From Octopus sinensis (Eukaryota): a DNA stretch of 64,000 nt. The position numbers were made by a program, and so were the translations under genes. The stretch lies in contig NC_043014.1 of assembly GCF_006345805.1 (NCBI RefSeq), forward strand, positions 23,064,001 through 23,128,000, written 5' to 3'. Positions 50,290-63,650 of the stretch are shown in pieces. Positions within the stretch are counted from its first letter, which is position 1, and each line of letters begins with the position of its first letter. The notes below the pieces were generated by a model. It did not search any database and was not told where the DNA came from. It was given only the letters and a program-made list of their open reading frames with translations.

Positions 50290-50758
50290 TATATCATCAA
50301 AATCAAACCAAATCAAATCATATATCAGAAAGCAGTGGTTTAAGTGAAGCATCTGTTCGTGTCCGCTGCCAGCCTCGCCTGGCCCCCGTGTCGGTGACAT
50401 GTAAAAGCACCATTCATTCGTGGCCGTTTGCCAGCTCTGTCTGGCCCCGTGTCGGTGGCACGTAAAAGCACCATCCGTTCGTGTCCGTTGCCAGCATCGC
50501 CTGGCCCCGTGCCGGTGACACATAAAAGCACCGTCTGTTCGTGGCCGTTTGCCAGCTCTGTCTGGCACCTGTGCAGGTGGCACGTAAAAAGCACCCACTA
50601 CACCCACGGAGTGGTTGGCGTTAGGAAAGGCATCCAGCTGTAGAAACACTGCCAGATCTGACTGGGCCTGATGAAGCCTTCCAGCTTCACAGACCCCAGT
50701 TGAACCGTCCAACCCATGCTAGCATGGAAAGCGGATGCTAAATGATGATGATGATGAT
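50290..50758 (+). mobile_element. RTE 3'-UTR-only copy with about 3 hairpin modules
   Basis: Reverse complement of the 24826-26122 family, including the same ATATGATTTGATTT 5' end. Confidence 0.88.
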
Positions 50759-50770
50759 ATATATATATAT

Positions 50771-50816
<46 letters not shown>

Positions 50817-52544
50817 TACATATATATCTGTTTAGTGATCTGTCTATCTATTTGTCTTTCTCACCCGCCATCTATCTTTACATGCATATTTGTATCAATA
50901 ATTAAGTGGAAGAATATGGCCAGTAGCATTTCGATTTCATTAAAGTTAGAAAAGTTAATTCAACCAAATTCTTACAGGATTTGGCTTCAAATGAAGGTAC
51001 TTCAGTAGAATAACTTACTTCATGTACCTCTATTATCATCATTATCATTTCAAAAGCAGTGAGCTGGCAGAATGGTTAGTACGCTGAGCAGAATGCTGAG
51101 TGACATTTTGTCCCTCTTTTCATCATGAGTTCAAATTCCATCAAGGTTGATTTTGCCTTTCATTCTTTTGGGATTGATAAAATAATTATTTGTTGAGCAC
51201 ATGGGTCAATGTAAGTGACTTACCACCTCCCCCAGAATTGCTGGCCTTGTACCAAAATTTGAAATTTATCATTTTAGTGTAAGCTCCCCCTCATCATGAT
51301 TGGGCCTGGGCTAGATTGGCTTCCAGTGTGTGTTATGATATTTCTGCTCTCTCTCTCTTCCCACATACTCCAAATTGCTCACATGTGTCTACATGTGCAA
51401 AGATTTAAATATACTATATTATGAGAACCAGAGTAATTCAACAAACAGTAATTTCCCTTCTACCTCAGTGTAAGTTTCTTGTGGCCATACTCCTATTGAA
51501 ATACAATTTCCATATTTTGAAAATAATTAAGAATTTGGAGGGGTTTAGTAAAATAAACTAATTTTTTTCATTAATAAGTTTGTACTTGAAACTTAACATT
51601 TAGGATCTTACATAAAAGTATGATGAAAGGTTTTAATTTAAGGAACATTTTTAAATGTGGTTATGTATCATATGATTAGAAGTGGTCTAAAAGAGTTAAA
51701 CAGGGAAAAAAGTTGTGTGACTGGCTTGTTTTAACTAGCACTTTCTTACTCCATACTCCTGCAATGGACCGGTGTCCCGTCCAGGTGGGGAACCTATACG
51801 CCAAGGAAACCGGGAAACTGGCCCTTATGAGCTAGGGATGGCTTGAGTAGGAACTTACTCCATATTCCTAAAATCTTTGAGCACAAATGGTGGAGAATTG
51901 GATTTCTTTTCCACTCCATTCCTTTCTCTCTTTGAGACATGGTGTCTTAACTCTTAAGCATTTAAAAAATGGCCATATCTGGCCCAAATATTCTACCAAT
52001 TTTATGTTCAAATTGGCTAGATCTGGCTTCTCATATCTACCCTTCAATGTTATTTTAAAAATACACAATCATATCAGTGAAATCTCATAGCTACAGAATA
52101 ATACATGATTAATTCAAAACATTGTGAATCAATAAGCATCATATTTGACAGAATAATTTGAATGCTAAAAGGTTTAATTGATAAAAATAATTGACTGCTA
52201 AGACAGAGTGAGTTGATTTCAAATCATAGTCACTGAAGAATACCTTGTGGTGTTGTTCAAAGCGCATATCCAACCTAACTGAAAAAAACTCCCATCCCAA
52301 TTCACAGGTGGCTGAATAACAATAACAATAACATGAATAATTATGCTTCCTAACTGGCACAAGGCCACACATGTAGAAGAATAGTATAGTTCATATATGG
52401 TATATAGTTTAGATAAAGACAGATATACACTGATTGTTGTATGTAGAAATTTCTGTTGAAATTTAGTTGAAATTTCTGTCTTAGGGAAAAACAAAATATA
52501 CAAAGCTAAAACATTTTTGTGGCAGTTATTAGCAACTCTTGAAG

Positions 52545-53156
52545 AAAAGGGGAGGTAATTATTTTATATTACTAGTTCTTATTTTATCGATCCAGCAGTG
52601 ATGAAAGGCAAGGTTGTTGACCTCAGCAGGATTTGAACTCAGAACTTAAGAGCCTAATAATAATAATAATAATAACAATAACAACAACAATAATAACAAT
52701 GGTTTCAATTTTTGCCACAAGGCTAGCAATTTTAGGGGATCAGGTTAATCGATTACACTGATCCCAGTGTTCAACTGGTACTTATTTTATCGACCTCAAA
52801 AGGATGAAAGGTAAAGCTGACCATAGCAGCATTTGAACTCAGAATGTAAAGACAGACAGAATGCCACTAAGCATTTTGCCAGTCATGCTAACAATCCTGC
52901 CAGCTCACCACCTTAATAATAATAGTCCTTTCTACTATAGGCACAAGGACTGAAATTTGTGGGGTGGGGTATAGTCGATTACATTGACCCCAGTACTCAA
53001 CTGGTACTTATTCCATCAACTTCAAAAGGACAAAAGGCAAAGTCAACCTCAGTAGAATTTGAACTCAGAACATAAAGATGGGCAAAATACTGCTAAGCAT
53101 TTTGAGTGGCATGCTAACGATTCTGCCAGTTTACTGCCTTAATAATAATAATAATA

Positions 53157-53196
<40 letters not shown>

Positions 53197-56100
53197 GGCA
53201 GTGGCTCTCATGGCTTCTGATCTTAACTGATTGGAAGTGTTATCATGTACATTGTTTTGTCTTGGTATAAACGATGGGCTACAGCAAATATTCTGCTCAA
53301 TACCACAGATTTACTTGTCAGTTGCTTGACCGTAACCAGTTGACCATGTCCTTTAGTGGCTGATATGTGCATCTCTGATCATGAGCAGAAGTAGTGGGGG
53401 AGCATCATAGCCGTGTGTTGAAAGGAATTCTTTGAGGTTTAAATAATTCACCTCTGGAAACATGGGTGGTTTGTTCAACATCCTTAAACAACCCTTATTC
53501 AAGGACCTTTTGAGCAGGATGGGTTACTTGACAAGAAGAAAATTCTAACTGGGCCCCACCTGCAAGGTCATGTGCTGTTTATCTTGATATGAGATCACTA
53601 TGTTGCGCACATATGGTTGTGATGCATGTGCCTAGTGTACCCTTATCAGACAAGTAGTCATGATGGGTATGCTGGGCTTCGTATATTTTACCCCAGTGTC
53701 ACTTTGATGGCATGCACTGCTCTCTCACTCAATAATAATAATGATTGTTTCTTTCATAGGGATATTGCAAAAAAAAAAATATCTATGTGAGGGAAACTAT
53801 TAGTGATATCACCCCTAATTCTTGACCAGTACTTAATTTTTTATTGATCCCAGGACGCTGAAAGGCTCCTGGGATCAATGATAATAATAATAATGGTTTC
53901 AAATTTTACTACAAGGGCAGTGATTTTGGGGGAAAGGATGAATCAATTACATCAACCCCAGTGTTCAACTGGTACTTATTTTATTGACCCCAGAAAGATG
54001 AAAGGCAAAGCCAACCTCAGAATGTGCAGAGAATAAACTGCTGCTAAGCATTTCATAGAGCATGCTAACAATTCTGCCAGCTTCCCAAAATCTTTTCTAG
54101 TAAGGGCATAAGGCCTGACACTTTGGGGGTAAGTTGATCACATCAACCCCAATGTTCAACTGGTGCTTATTTTCTCAACCTCAAAAAGGTGAAAGCCAAA
54201 GTCAACCTCGGCAGAATTTAAATTCAGAATGTAGACAGGTGAAATACCACTAAGCATTTTGTCCAGTATGCTAACGATTCTGCTAGCTTGCTGCTTTATA
54301 ATACTACTACTACTAATAATAATAGTCCTTTCTACTAAAGGCACAAGGCTTGAAATTTTGCGGGAGGGGACTTGTTGAGTACATTGACCCTAGTGTTTCT
54401 CTGGTACTTAATTTATCAACCCTGATAGGATAAAAGGCAAAGTTGACCTTGAATAATAAAGGCAGTGATTCTCAACCACTTCTTGTCCATGGACTCTGAT
54501 TCCCATTTTACTCTACTGTGCCACCACCACCACTAACTATTCATAGAAACAGATGAAAAGTTGAACTTAGAACATAGAAACAGATGAAAAGCCTGGCGTG
54601 CTAATGATTCTACCAGCTCACTGCCTTAATAATAATAATAATAATAATGATTCTTTCTACTATAAGCACAAGGCCTGAAATTTGTGGGGAGCGGTGATGG
54701 TCAATTACATCAACCCCAGTGATGTATTGCCTATCCCCTTTCATACTTTCAAGGTCGAAGGATGGAAAGCAAATTTGAACTCAGAATGTAAAAAGCAGGA
54801 AGAAATGTTGTTAGGCATTTTGTCTGACATGTTAACGACTCTGTCACTTTGCCACCTAATGATAATGGCCACTAATTTAGATACAAAGTCAGGAATTTAG
54901 AGAGAGAAACTTAGTCAATTACATTGACTCTAATACTGTATTTCATTGACCCTAGAGATATAAAAAACAAAGTTAACCTTGCAAAAATTTGAACTAACAA
55001 TATTGGTTTTAAATTTTGACACAAGGCCAGCAATTTCGGGGGAGGTAGGAAGTCGATTACATTGACCCCAGTGCTCAATGACTACTTATTTTATTGACCT
55101 TGAAAGGATGAAAGACAAAGTCGATCTCCATGGAATTTGAACTCAGAAAGTATTTTGCAGTGTGTTAATGATTCTGCCAGCTCACCACTCCCATTGAACT
55201 AATAATATTAATAATGGTTTCTAATTTAAAAACAAGGTCAGAATTTTGAAGTGAAGGCTTTTAGTTGATAATATTGGCCCCAGTACTGGTACTTCATTTT
55301 TATCAAACCTGAAAGGATGAAAGGTGCTATGCAGTGGGACTGAACCTGGAACTATGTGTTTAGGAAGCAAACTTCTTGCCACATAAACTGACCACTTGCA
55401 GCATGATAAATAACATGGTAGTAGAAAAGAATTCTGTACCCTTTCACTTGGTGCCTTAAGCATGTACTGATATTGTTAAATGCTTAATCTGAGCCTTATA
55501 AAGGATAGAAATGATTGAATGAATACCCCTGTACTTGCCTAATATTAAATTTATTGACCTTGGAATGACAAGTGAAAGGTTAAATTGATTCTGTTGAAAT
55601 CTGTATTCATAATAAAGGCAGTGATTCTCAACCACTTCTTGTCCATGGACTCTGATTCCCATTTTACTCTACTGTGCCACCACCACCACTAACTATTCAA
55701 TGTTTAAAAATCTGCCTATTTTTTATACCATTAAATATTAGGAATTGTATAAAAATTTGCTAAAATATTTTGGGAATTGTAGAAGTATAACCATTTTATT
55801 GTACTTAAATGGCAAAATCTTATGTGGACCCCAGTTGAAAACTACTGATACGGAGGGATGAATCTGGTTTTTTACATTAGTACAATTCTCCATCCAAATG
55901 TTTTAATACAGAGGCATGGTTGCATGAATTATAAACACTATTTCCATCCCAGTATGTTACTGATACATATTTTATTGATCTTAAAGTGACAAAAGGCCAA
56001 GTCCATCTTGGTGAGATCTGAAGTCAGTACATAAAAAAAATACAGAAATGAAATTTCTTTTTGTCTTGCTCTCAACTCTATCTTATTACAGCATTTGTAA

Positions 56101-56790
56101 AATAACAAATATTAATCATCAGTTGATGTTAATAATAATAAGTTAATATTTCCTGGAATTATGTCTAAAAAGTGAAGAAATAATTATAATAATAACTCTA
56201 ATTTTGGTCCAAGGCCAACAGTTTTGAAGGGAGGGGTATGTTGATTGCATCAACGCCAGTACTAGACTAGTACTTTATTTTATTGACTCTGAAAGGATGA
56301 AAGGCAAACTCAGCCTTGGTGGAATTAAGCATTTTGTCTTATGCTCTAACAATTCTGCCAACTCACCGGCTTAATAATTATAATATCAATGATTCTTGGT
56401 GCAAGGCCAGCATTTTGAAGTTGGGGTGGTGAAGAGTCAATAACATTAATTTCAGGACTCGACTGGCATTTATTTTATTGATCCCAAATGGAATTTGAAC
56501 TCAGAATATAAAGTACTGGAAGAAATGCAGCTAAGCATTTTGTCCAATACTCTAAAGATTCTGCCAGTTCACTACCCTAATAATAATAATGATTTCAAAT
56601 TTTGGCAAAAGGCCAGCAATTTCAAGGGATATCATCTATCCCTACTGCTTAACTGTTGATTATCTTATCAGCCTCAAAAAGATAAAGGCAAAGTCAACCT
56701 CAGCAGTATTTGAACTCTGAAAATATAGACACAGTGCTGCTAAACATTTTTCCCAGTGTGCTAACGATTCTGCCAGCTGGCCACCTTAAT
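52545..56790 (-). mobile_element. Dense head-to-tail cluster of about 14-16 tRNA-derived SINE copies or fragments separated by (AAT)n
   Basis: Repeated plus-strand GGCACAAGG..GAAATTT..GATTACATTGACCCCAG..AACTGGTACTTATTT..GAAAGGATGAAAGGCAAAG..GAATTTGAACTCAGAA..GCTAACGATTCTGCCAGCTC (reverse B-box and A-box), all in the same orientation. Confidence 0.85.
53195..53742 (+). repeat. Unclassified ~540-bp retroposon-like repeat between (AAT)n tracts
   Basis: Higher-complexity block flanked by (AAT)n on both sides; no ORF. Confidence 0.4.
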
Positions 56791-56797
56791 AATAATA

Positions 56798-58030
56798 TTG
56801 GGTCTAAATAATGCGGTTTTTTTCAATTGCATGAACTAAAAGTCAGAGGGGGACGGAATAAACTACCTGCATCAACTTGCTATAAAAATAAGTAGTAATT
56901 TTACCTTGTCCTTATTCTTAATGCAAGTTTTGAAGAGTGCAGTTCAATTTTAACAGTTACCTTTTCAAAGCAGCGACAAAGGAGTGTATTCAGCATATTT
57001 TGCTTTATGAGTTCAATAAAGACAACAGCGCAATGGAGAGTGCGAGGAATAATAATGCAGTATATGGGGATCGGACAATAAGTGTAAGACAGTGTCAACA
57101 GTTGTTCCAGAAATTCCAAGCTGGAAACTACAGCCTAGAAGATGAGCCTCATCATGAAGATCTGTAGAGCTCAACAAGAATGTCCTGCAAACCCTGGTGG
57201 AACAAAATCCTATTGTAACTGTTGAGAAACTAGCAAAGAAGCTTGGATTTGGTCATTCAAACCATTCATCAACACCTGTGTGCCATTGGAAAAGTCAGTA
57301 AATTGGTTCCTCCCAAACTTTCCAAGCCTAATCACATGCAGAGAGTGAATGTGTGCTCTTGCTGTCACGTCTTACAAATGAACCTTTTTTGGATCAAATA
57401 GTGACTGATGATGAGAAATGAATTCTCTATAAAAATGTCAAACGCTGAAGACAGTGGGTAGGGAAAGAAGAAGTACTAGCACCCCAGACTAAAGAAAGTC
57501 TTCACCCACATAAGGTGTTATTGTCTGTTTGGTGGGATATGAAAGGTTTATTCCACTTTGAACTTTTAAACCCAAACCAAACAATAACAAAGGAGATCTA
57601 CTGTGAGCAGCTTGAGTGGCTTAAGTTAGCGCTAGAAGAAAAATGACCATCTTTGGTTTCAAGATGAAAGGTGTTCAGAGTAATGCTTGGCCACATACAG
57701 CAAGGATGACATTCCAAAGGTTGGAACAGTTTGAATGGAAAACGATGCCCCACCCACCATATTTGCCGGACATTGCCCATCTGATTATCATTTATTCTGC
57801 AGTCTTCAAAATCATTTGGTCAGAAAAAATGTGAATTCTGCAGACAGTACTGGAAGAGTATTTTTTGTCACAGAGGAGTGAATTTTGGAAGAGGGGCCTT
57901 GCAAGTCTGCCAGATAGATGGAAGAGCATTGTTGAAAATGGAGTATATTTTTGATCAAAAAAGGACTTTGCCCTAATTTTGAAAAATAAAAGATGTATAA
58001 AAAATCTGCATTATTTTTGGGATGAACTAA
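56798..58030 (+). pseudogene. Near-full-length decayed mariner (D,D34D) transposon
   Basis: TA-flanked degenerate TIRs (TTGGGTCTAAATAATGCGG / CTGCATTATTTTTGGGATGAACTAA). Motifs RHILLYEFNK..SLEDEP, IVTDDEK*, SVWWDMKG, NAWPHTA and HPPYLPDIA..SDYHLF; multiple stops and frameshifts. Confidence 0.9.
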
Positions 58031-58522
58031 TAATAATAATAACTATTATCTTCTGTCATATTTCTTAATTTTCCAAACACATAATTTGAGGAAATAAGTT
58101 AAACATGTCCAGAATTTTTTCATTCCAACTGTAGATTTAATACTAAAATTAAATATTTTACTGATTATTTCACTTTTTATTAGGAATGTGTATGTGCATG
58201 TGAGTATGTATGTGTATTTTCAAATTAAGTAGATGTATATTCAAATGACTAATGTGTAACAGTCTCAGAGAATGTGTATATAGGTATATATACATATGTA
58301 TCTGTGTGTTTGTATGCATAATTTTGTGTGTATACATATGCATACATATACATGTATGTAGGAAGGGGAGGAGAGAAAATGAAGTTCACATACATATTAG
58401 ACACACACTCTCGTACCTATCTACATGTATGTGCATGTATATACACTACACTATTCACACACACACACACACACACAGTCATCGCTGAACTGTATGTGTA
58501 GATGTATTTATGTAGCTTTCTT

Positions 58523-58601
58523 CAGGGTGGGGTAAAGAAAGTAATCCCTATTTATAATGCTATTATATAACAAATGTGGCAATTACTTACACTCCACCCT
58601 G
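58523..58601. mobile_element. Tiny Tc1/mariner-type MITE
   Basis: CAGGGTGGGGTAAAG...AATTACTTACACTCCACCCTG|TA imperfect TIRs. Confidence 0.45.
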
Positions 58602-58726
58602 TATACGTATAGTTGTGTGTGTGTGTGTGTGTGTGTGTATTTATGTATGGTTGTGTGTTGGTGTCGTTGACTTGGCTCAATGTATAAAACATGCAAAACC
58701 TGTAACTGATAGTTTCCTGTTTCAAG

Positions 58727-58794
58727 ATCCAGTTGCATTTCATTCATCTACCCAGAGCATAGAAGTTGGACTATCACATATGTAGGGGTGTGGG
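58727..58794 (+). other. Candidate 68-nt internal exon
   Basis: Branch-like TAACTGA plus TTTCCTGTTTCAAG| acceptor, and GG|GTAAGT donor. One open frame (SSCISFIYPEHRSWTITYVGVW), not recognised. Confidence 0.3.
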
Positions 58795-59457
58795 GTAAGT
58801 GAAAGGGATGGTATAAAGTAAATTGGTTGCCAGCTTGGCTCAAGTTTATTTTATTTTTATTTTTAAATATTTTCAATGTACTGGGGTATAAGTTATAGTG
58901 GTGCTTAGGTGGCTGGTAGTGTTAAGTCTTAAAGAATGATTGTCTTTATGTCAGTCTTAACAGAATTCCTGCTTTAAGGTCTACTGGCATAAGATTTGCT
59001 GTGTGAAAGTGAAATGGCTTCCTGATTTTGAATGCTCTCTGTCTCTCTCTCTCTATCTCCCTTCTATCTTCCTCTATATTTACATTTCTGTTAGTCTATC
59101 TTATCTATTTATCTCTATCAATCTTTGTCTGTCTGTCTATGTATCTATCTACCTATCCATCTATCTTTCTAGCTGTGTATCTTTCTACCTTACTAGCTGT
59201 GTCTGTCTGTCTTTTTATCTGCTTCTGCCTATCTGTCTCTCTGTCTGTCTATCTAGCTCTCTCTCTCTCTCACTCACTCACTCAAACGTGTGTATATGTT
59301 TTTGTGAATGCATTAATGTATCTAGTTTTAATATAGCTTTGAACTTGATAACTTCAGCCAGGTCATACTTGAATTTCTGTTTGTCAAACTTTGACAATGT
59401 AACTTTTTGTACATAGAAGTGCATGCATACATGCATGCACACACACATTTTTCTCCA

Positions 59458-59488
<31 letters not shown>

Positions 59489-60002
59489 TATGTTGCTAAT
59501 ATATAGTTTTGTTTTTCTTTTTCTTTGGCAGTTTTTTTAGGTGAGTGGGGGATTGTCTTTGTGATTTGTGTTGCTTTCCAAGATTATCTGTCTAAATTTA
59601 CCATTATAAATATATTATGTAATTTGATGATACTTTTCTTTATTTCAGAATAATGAATAATGATAAAAATTTATGTCAGTAGCAGTAATACTACTACTAA
59701 TGATAATGATAAAAGTAAATAAAGGAAATTTTAAAGTGGAATGATGGATGAGAAGTTCAACATGATGTAATTCTGTTTGAATTATTGTTCTATTCATGTG
59801 TTGTTGAAAATTAAAGAAGACCTTTATCATGGTGGTTCACAATGCATCGAGTTTAAAGTGCAAGACCCACTTCATATATTATACTCCAATTGTCTTATAA
59901 GGAATAGATTTTAAAATAATGAAATTCATTGTGAAATATAAGTTAACTATTGGTTCTTTAATAATATGGTGTACATAGATTTTATTTTGAAAGCATTAGT
60001 AG

Positions 60003-63000
60003 TCATCATCATCATCATCATCGTCGTTTAGCGTCCGTTTTCCATGCTAGCATGGGTTGGACGGTTCTACTGGGGTCTGTGAAGCCAGAAGGCTTCATCA
60101 GGCCCAGTAAAATCTGGCAGTGTTTCTACGGCTGGATGCCCTTCCTAACGCCAACCACTCCGTGAGTGTAGTGGGTGCTTTTTACGTGCCACCCGCACAG
60201 GTGCCAGACAGAGCTGGCAAACGGCCACGAACGGATGGTGCTTTTTATGTGCCACCGGCACAAGGGCCAGGCGAGGCTGGCAACGGACACGAAACGGGGC
60301 GGTGCTGGCAACGGTCGCGAAACGGAAGGTTCTCTTACATGCCACCGGCACTGGTAACACATCTGCAATTTCCATTGATCGATTTCCATTCTGATCCTCA
60401 CTTGCCTCAACGGGTCTTCACAAGTAGAGTTTCAACATGCCACCGGCACTGGTAACACATCTGCAATTTCCATTGATTGATTTCCATTTCTGATCCTCAC
60501 TTGCCTCAACGGGTCTTCACAAGTAGAGTATCGACATGCCACCGGCACTGGTAACACATCTGCAATTTCCATTGATCGATTTCGATTCTGATCCTCACTT
60601 GCCTCAACAGGTCTTCACAAGTAGAGTTTTGTGTCCCAAGAAGGGAAGGTATGCATACGTAGGCTGGCTCCATCCCAAGTAGAAGGCCACGGGTTATGGA
60701 CTCACTTGTCCTGCCGGGTCTTCTCGCGCACAGCACACTTCCATAGGACTCGGTCTCTAGTCATTTCCTCAGTGAGACCTAAAGTTCGAAGGTCGTGCTT
60801 CACCACCTCGTCCCAGGTTTTCCTGGTCTGCCTCTTCCACAGGTTCCCTCAACCGCTAGGGTGTGGCACTTTTTAACACAACTATCTTCATCCATTCTCG
60901 CCACATGACCATACCAGCGCAATCGTCTCTCTTGCACACCACAACTGATGCTTCTTAGGTCCAGCTTTTCTCTCAAGGTACTTACACTCTGTCGATTATG
61001 AACACTGACATTACACATCCATCGGAGCATACTGGCTTCATTTCTTGCGAGCTTACTCATATCCTCAGCAGTCACGGCCCATGTTTCACTGCCATGTAGC
61101 ATGGCTGTTCGTACACACGCATCATACAGTCTGCCTTTCACTCTGTGCAAGAGGCCTTTTGTCACCAGCAGAGGTAAGAGCTCTCTGAACTTTGCCCAAG
61201 CTATTCTTACTCTAGCAGTTACACTTTCAGCACACCCGCCCCCGCTGCTGACTTGGTCACCTAGGTAACGGAAACTATCAACTATTTCTAGTTTTTCTCC
61301 CTGGAAAGTGACGGAAGTTGGTCTCAGAGCATTTTCAGTGTTTATTGTTCCTGAGCATCTGCCACATACAAAAACCATCTTCCTAGTTAGCCTTCCTTTG
61401 ACATTGCTGCACCTCTTATGTGTCCATAGCTTACACTTGGTGCATCTTATAGAGTTTCTACCTACACCTTTTCTACAGATCGAGCAGGGCCATCTACCTG
61501 AAGGCGTTTGTGATTTGTCTACCTTCCTACTAATTACAACTTTGGTTTTAGCTAGATTGACTCTGAGGCCCTTCGATTCTAATCCTTGTTTCCACACCTG
61601 AAACTTCTCCTCCAGTTCTGATAGCGACTCAGCAATTAGAGCAAGGTCATCAGCATAGAGGAGCTCCCAAGGGCATCCTGTCTTGAATTCCTCCGTTATT
61701 GCCTGGAGGACTATGATAAATAGGAGGGGGCTGAGTACTGAGCCTTGGTGGACCCCTACCTCTACCCGGAATTCTTCACTGTACTCGTTTCCAACACTCA
61801 CCCTACTAGCAGCGTCCCTATACATGGCCCGCACAGCTCTCACTAACCATTCATCTATCCCTAGTTTCCTCATTGCCCACCAGATAAGGGATCGGGGGAC
61901 CCTGTCGAAGGCTTTCTCCATGTCAACAAAAGCCAGGTACAGGGGCTTATCTTTGGCTAGGTATTTCTCCTGCAGCTGCCTTACCAGGAATATAGCATCA
62001 GTAGTACTTTTCTCTGGCACAAACCCAAACTGCATCTCATCTAAACTAACTCTCGCTCTAATTAGTTGGGCTATGACCCTCTCCGTAACCTTCATCACCT
62101 GATCCAACAGCTTGATACCTCTGTAGTTATTTGTATCTAGGGCGTCACCTTTACCTTTGTAGCAGTTGACTATTATGCTGCTACACCAGTCATTGGGTAT
62201 GACTCCTTTGTGTATCACCTGATTAACTATATGGGTGACTAGGCTATAGCCGACACTACCAGACATTTTGAGCATCTCTGCAGTGATTCCTGATGGGCCT
62301 GGGGCTTTTCCTGTCTTCATGCTTCTAATTGCCTTAGCTACCACGGAACTATCAACTCGGATAGCTGGTCCCTCTGTTGGGTCAACATTCGGCAGACTCT
62401 CTTTATCCCATTCATTTTCTTTATTCAGCAAACTTTCATAGTGGCATCTCCAAACCTCTCTCTTTGCATCCTCATTTAGCGCAAGTGAACCATCTTCCAT
62501 GCGAACACACTTCTCTCCTACCACATCACGATTCTCTCTCACACACTGTCTTGCAACGCGAAACACCTCCAGTCTTTGGTCCTCACGGCACAGAACATTG
62601 GCAAATTTTTTCTTATCTGCTTCCCCTCTGGCTAAATAAACCTGTCTCCTAGCTTCTCTTTTGGCAGTCTGATACAATTCCCTGCTACCCCCATTTTTCC
62701 AAACCTTCCAAGCCTGTCTCTTTTCTCTAATAGCCCTGTCTACAGTATCGTTCCACCACCACGTTATTCTAGGTCGAGAGGGGACTTTGCACCAGCCACA
62801 GATCTGGTCAGTGGCTCTCAGCAGGTTGTCCCTTAGAAACGTCCAGCTGTCTTCTACCCCCTGTGATGCTCTATCCCCTTCTACTTCGTCAGAGGCTTCA
62901 AGTAATATGTCTCTAAATCTCTGTCCATTTGCAGGATCTTTAAGCTTCCAGATCCTTCTTCTCCATATTGGTCGTCTTCTGGTTGTCCTCCTAGTCCTGA

Positions 63001-63650
63001 TCCTAAAGTCACTAACTACCAGTCTATGTTGTGGGGTACATTCTTCACCTGGGAAGGTTTTGGCATTTATAAGCAGCCATCTCTCCCTTTGCCTTGCAAG
63101 GATGTAGTCAATTTGGCTGGTATGTTGGCCCGATCGGTAAGTGACTAGGTGGCTGGTAGGTTTCCTGAAGTTAGTGTTGCAAATCATAAGATTATTTGCA
63201 TCGCAGAACTCCAGCAGCCTGGTTCCCTCCTCGTTTCGGGAGCCATAGCCATAGCCTCCATGTACGCCATGAAAGCCCCCAGCATGTCGTCCAACGTGAC
63301 CATTGAAGTCACCAGCCACAAAGATAAGGTCTCTGTCATTCGTCAACGAGGTAGTCTGCAGTAGAGTGTCATAGAATCGGTCTTTCTGTCCATCGGGTAG
63401 CCCCGACTGAGGAACATAGGCTGATATAATGGTTGCTAAACTATGATGAAGCACTAATCTAATCTTAAGTATTCTGTCACATACTCTGATTACCTCAATT
63501 ACTTTATCTACCCATTTCTCAGCGATAAGTATACCCACGCCACCAACCCCGTCAGAAACCTGCCCAGAAAATCTTGTACCTGCGTTCCTTGCCTGTGAGG
63601 AACCTAGCTGATCCTCCTCTCCACCTTATTTCTTGCATGCAAATTACATG
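60003..63650 (-). mobile_element. RTE LINE, nearly full ORF (APE + RT), truncated near the N-terminus; 3' UTR with (GAT)n tail
   Basis: CMQEIRW, SAYVPQ, GDFNGHVG, SQIDYIL, QHRLVV, NYRGIKLL, FVDMEKAFDRV and YADDL. Frameshifts at about 63560 and 60825; three ~90-bp tandem duplications at 60340-60625. Confidence 0.96.
60800..63538 (-). CDS. RTE polyprotein (apurinic-like endonuclease + reverse transcriptase), 912-aa open segment
   Basis: Canonical RTE-clade motifs throughout. Confidence 0.93.
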   Translation of the reverse strand: MGILIAEKWVDKVIEVIRVCDRILKIRLVLHHSLATIISAYVPQSGLPDGQKDRFYDTLLQTTSLTNDRDLIFVAGDFNGHVGRHAGGFHGVHGGYGYGSRNEEGTRLLEFCDANNLMICNTNFRKPTSHLVTYRSGQHTSQIDYILARQRERWLLINAKTFPGEECTPQHRLVVSDFRIRTRRTTRRRPIWRRRIWKLKDPANGQRFRDILLEASDEVEGDRASQGVEDSWTFLRDNLLRATDQICGWCKVPSRPRITWWWNDTVDRAIREKRQAWKVWKNGGSRELYQTAKREARRQVYLARGEADKKKFANVLCREDQRLEVFRVARQCVRENRDVVGEKCVRMEDGSLALNEDAKREVWRCHYESLLNKENEWDKESLPNVDPTEGPAIRVDSSVVAKAIRSMKTGKAPGPSGITAEMLKMSGSVGYSLVTHIVNQVIHKGVIPNDWCSSIIVNCYKGKGDALDTNNYRGIKLLDQVMKVTERVIAQLIRARVSLDEMQFGFVPEKSTTDAIFLVRQLQEKYLAKDKPLYLAFVDMEKAFDRVPRSLIWWAMRKLGIDEWLVRAVRAMYRDAASRVSVGNEYSEEFRVEVGVHQGSVLSPLLFIIVLQAITEEFKTGCPWELLYADDLALIAESLSELEEKFQVWKQGLESKGLRVNLAKTKVVISRKVDKSQTPSGRWPCSICRKGVGRNSIRCTKCKLWTHKRCSNVKGRLTRKMVFVCGRCSGTINTENALRPTSVTFQGEKLEIVDSFRYLGDQVSSGGGCAESVTARVRIAWAKFRELLPLLVTKGLLHRVKGRLYDACVRTAMLHGSETWAVTAEDMSKLARNEASMLRWMCNVSVHNRQSVSTLREKLDLRSISCGVQERRLRWYGHVARMDEDSCVKKCHTLAVEGTCGRGRPGKPGTRW

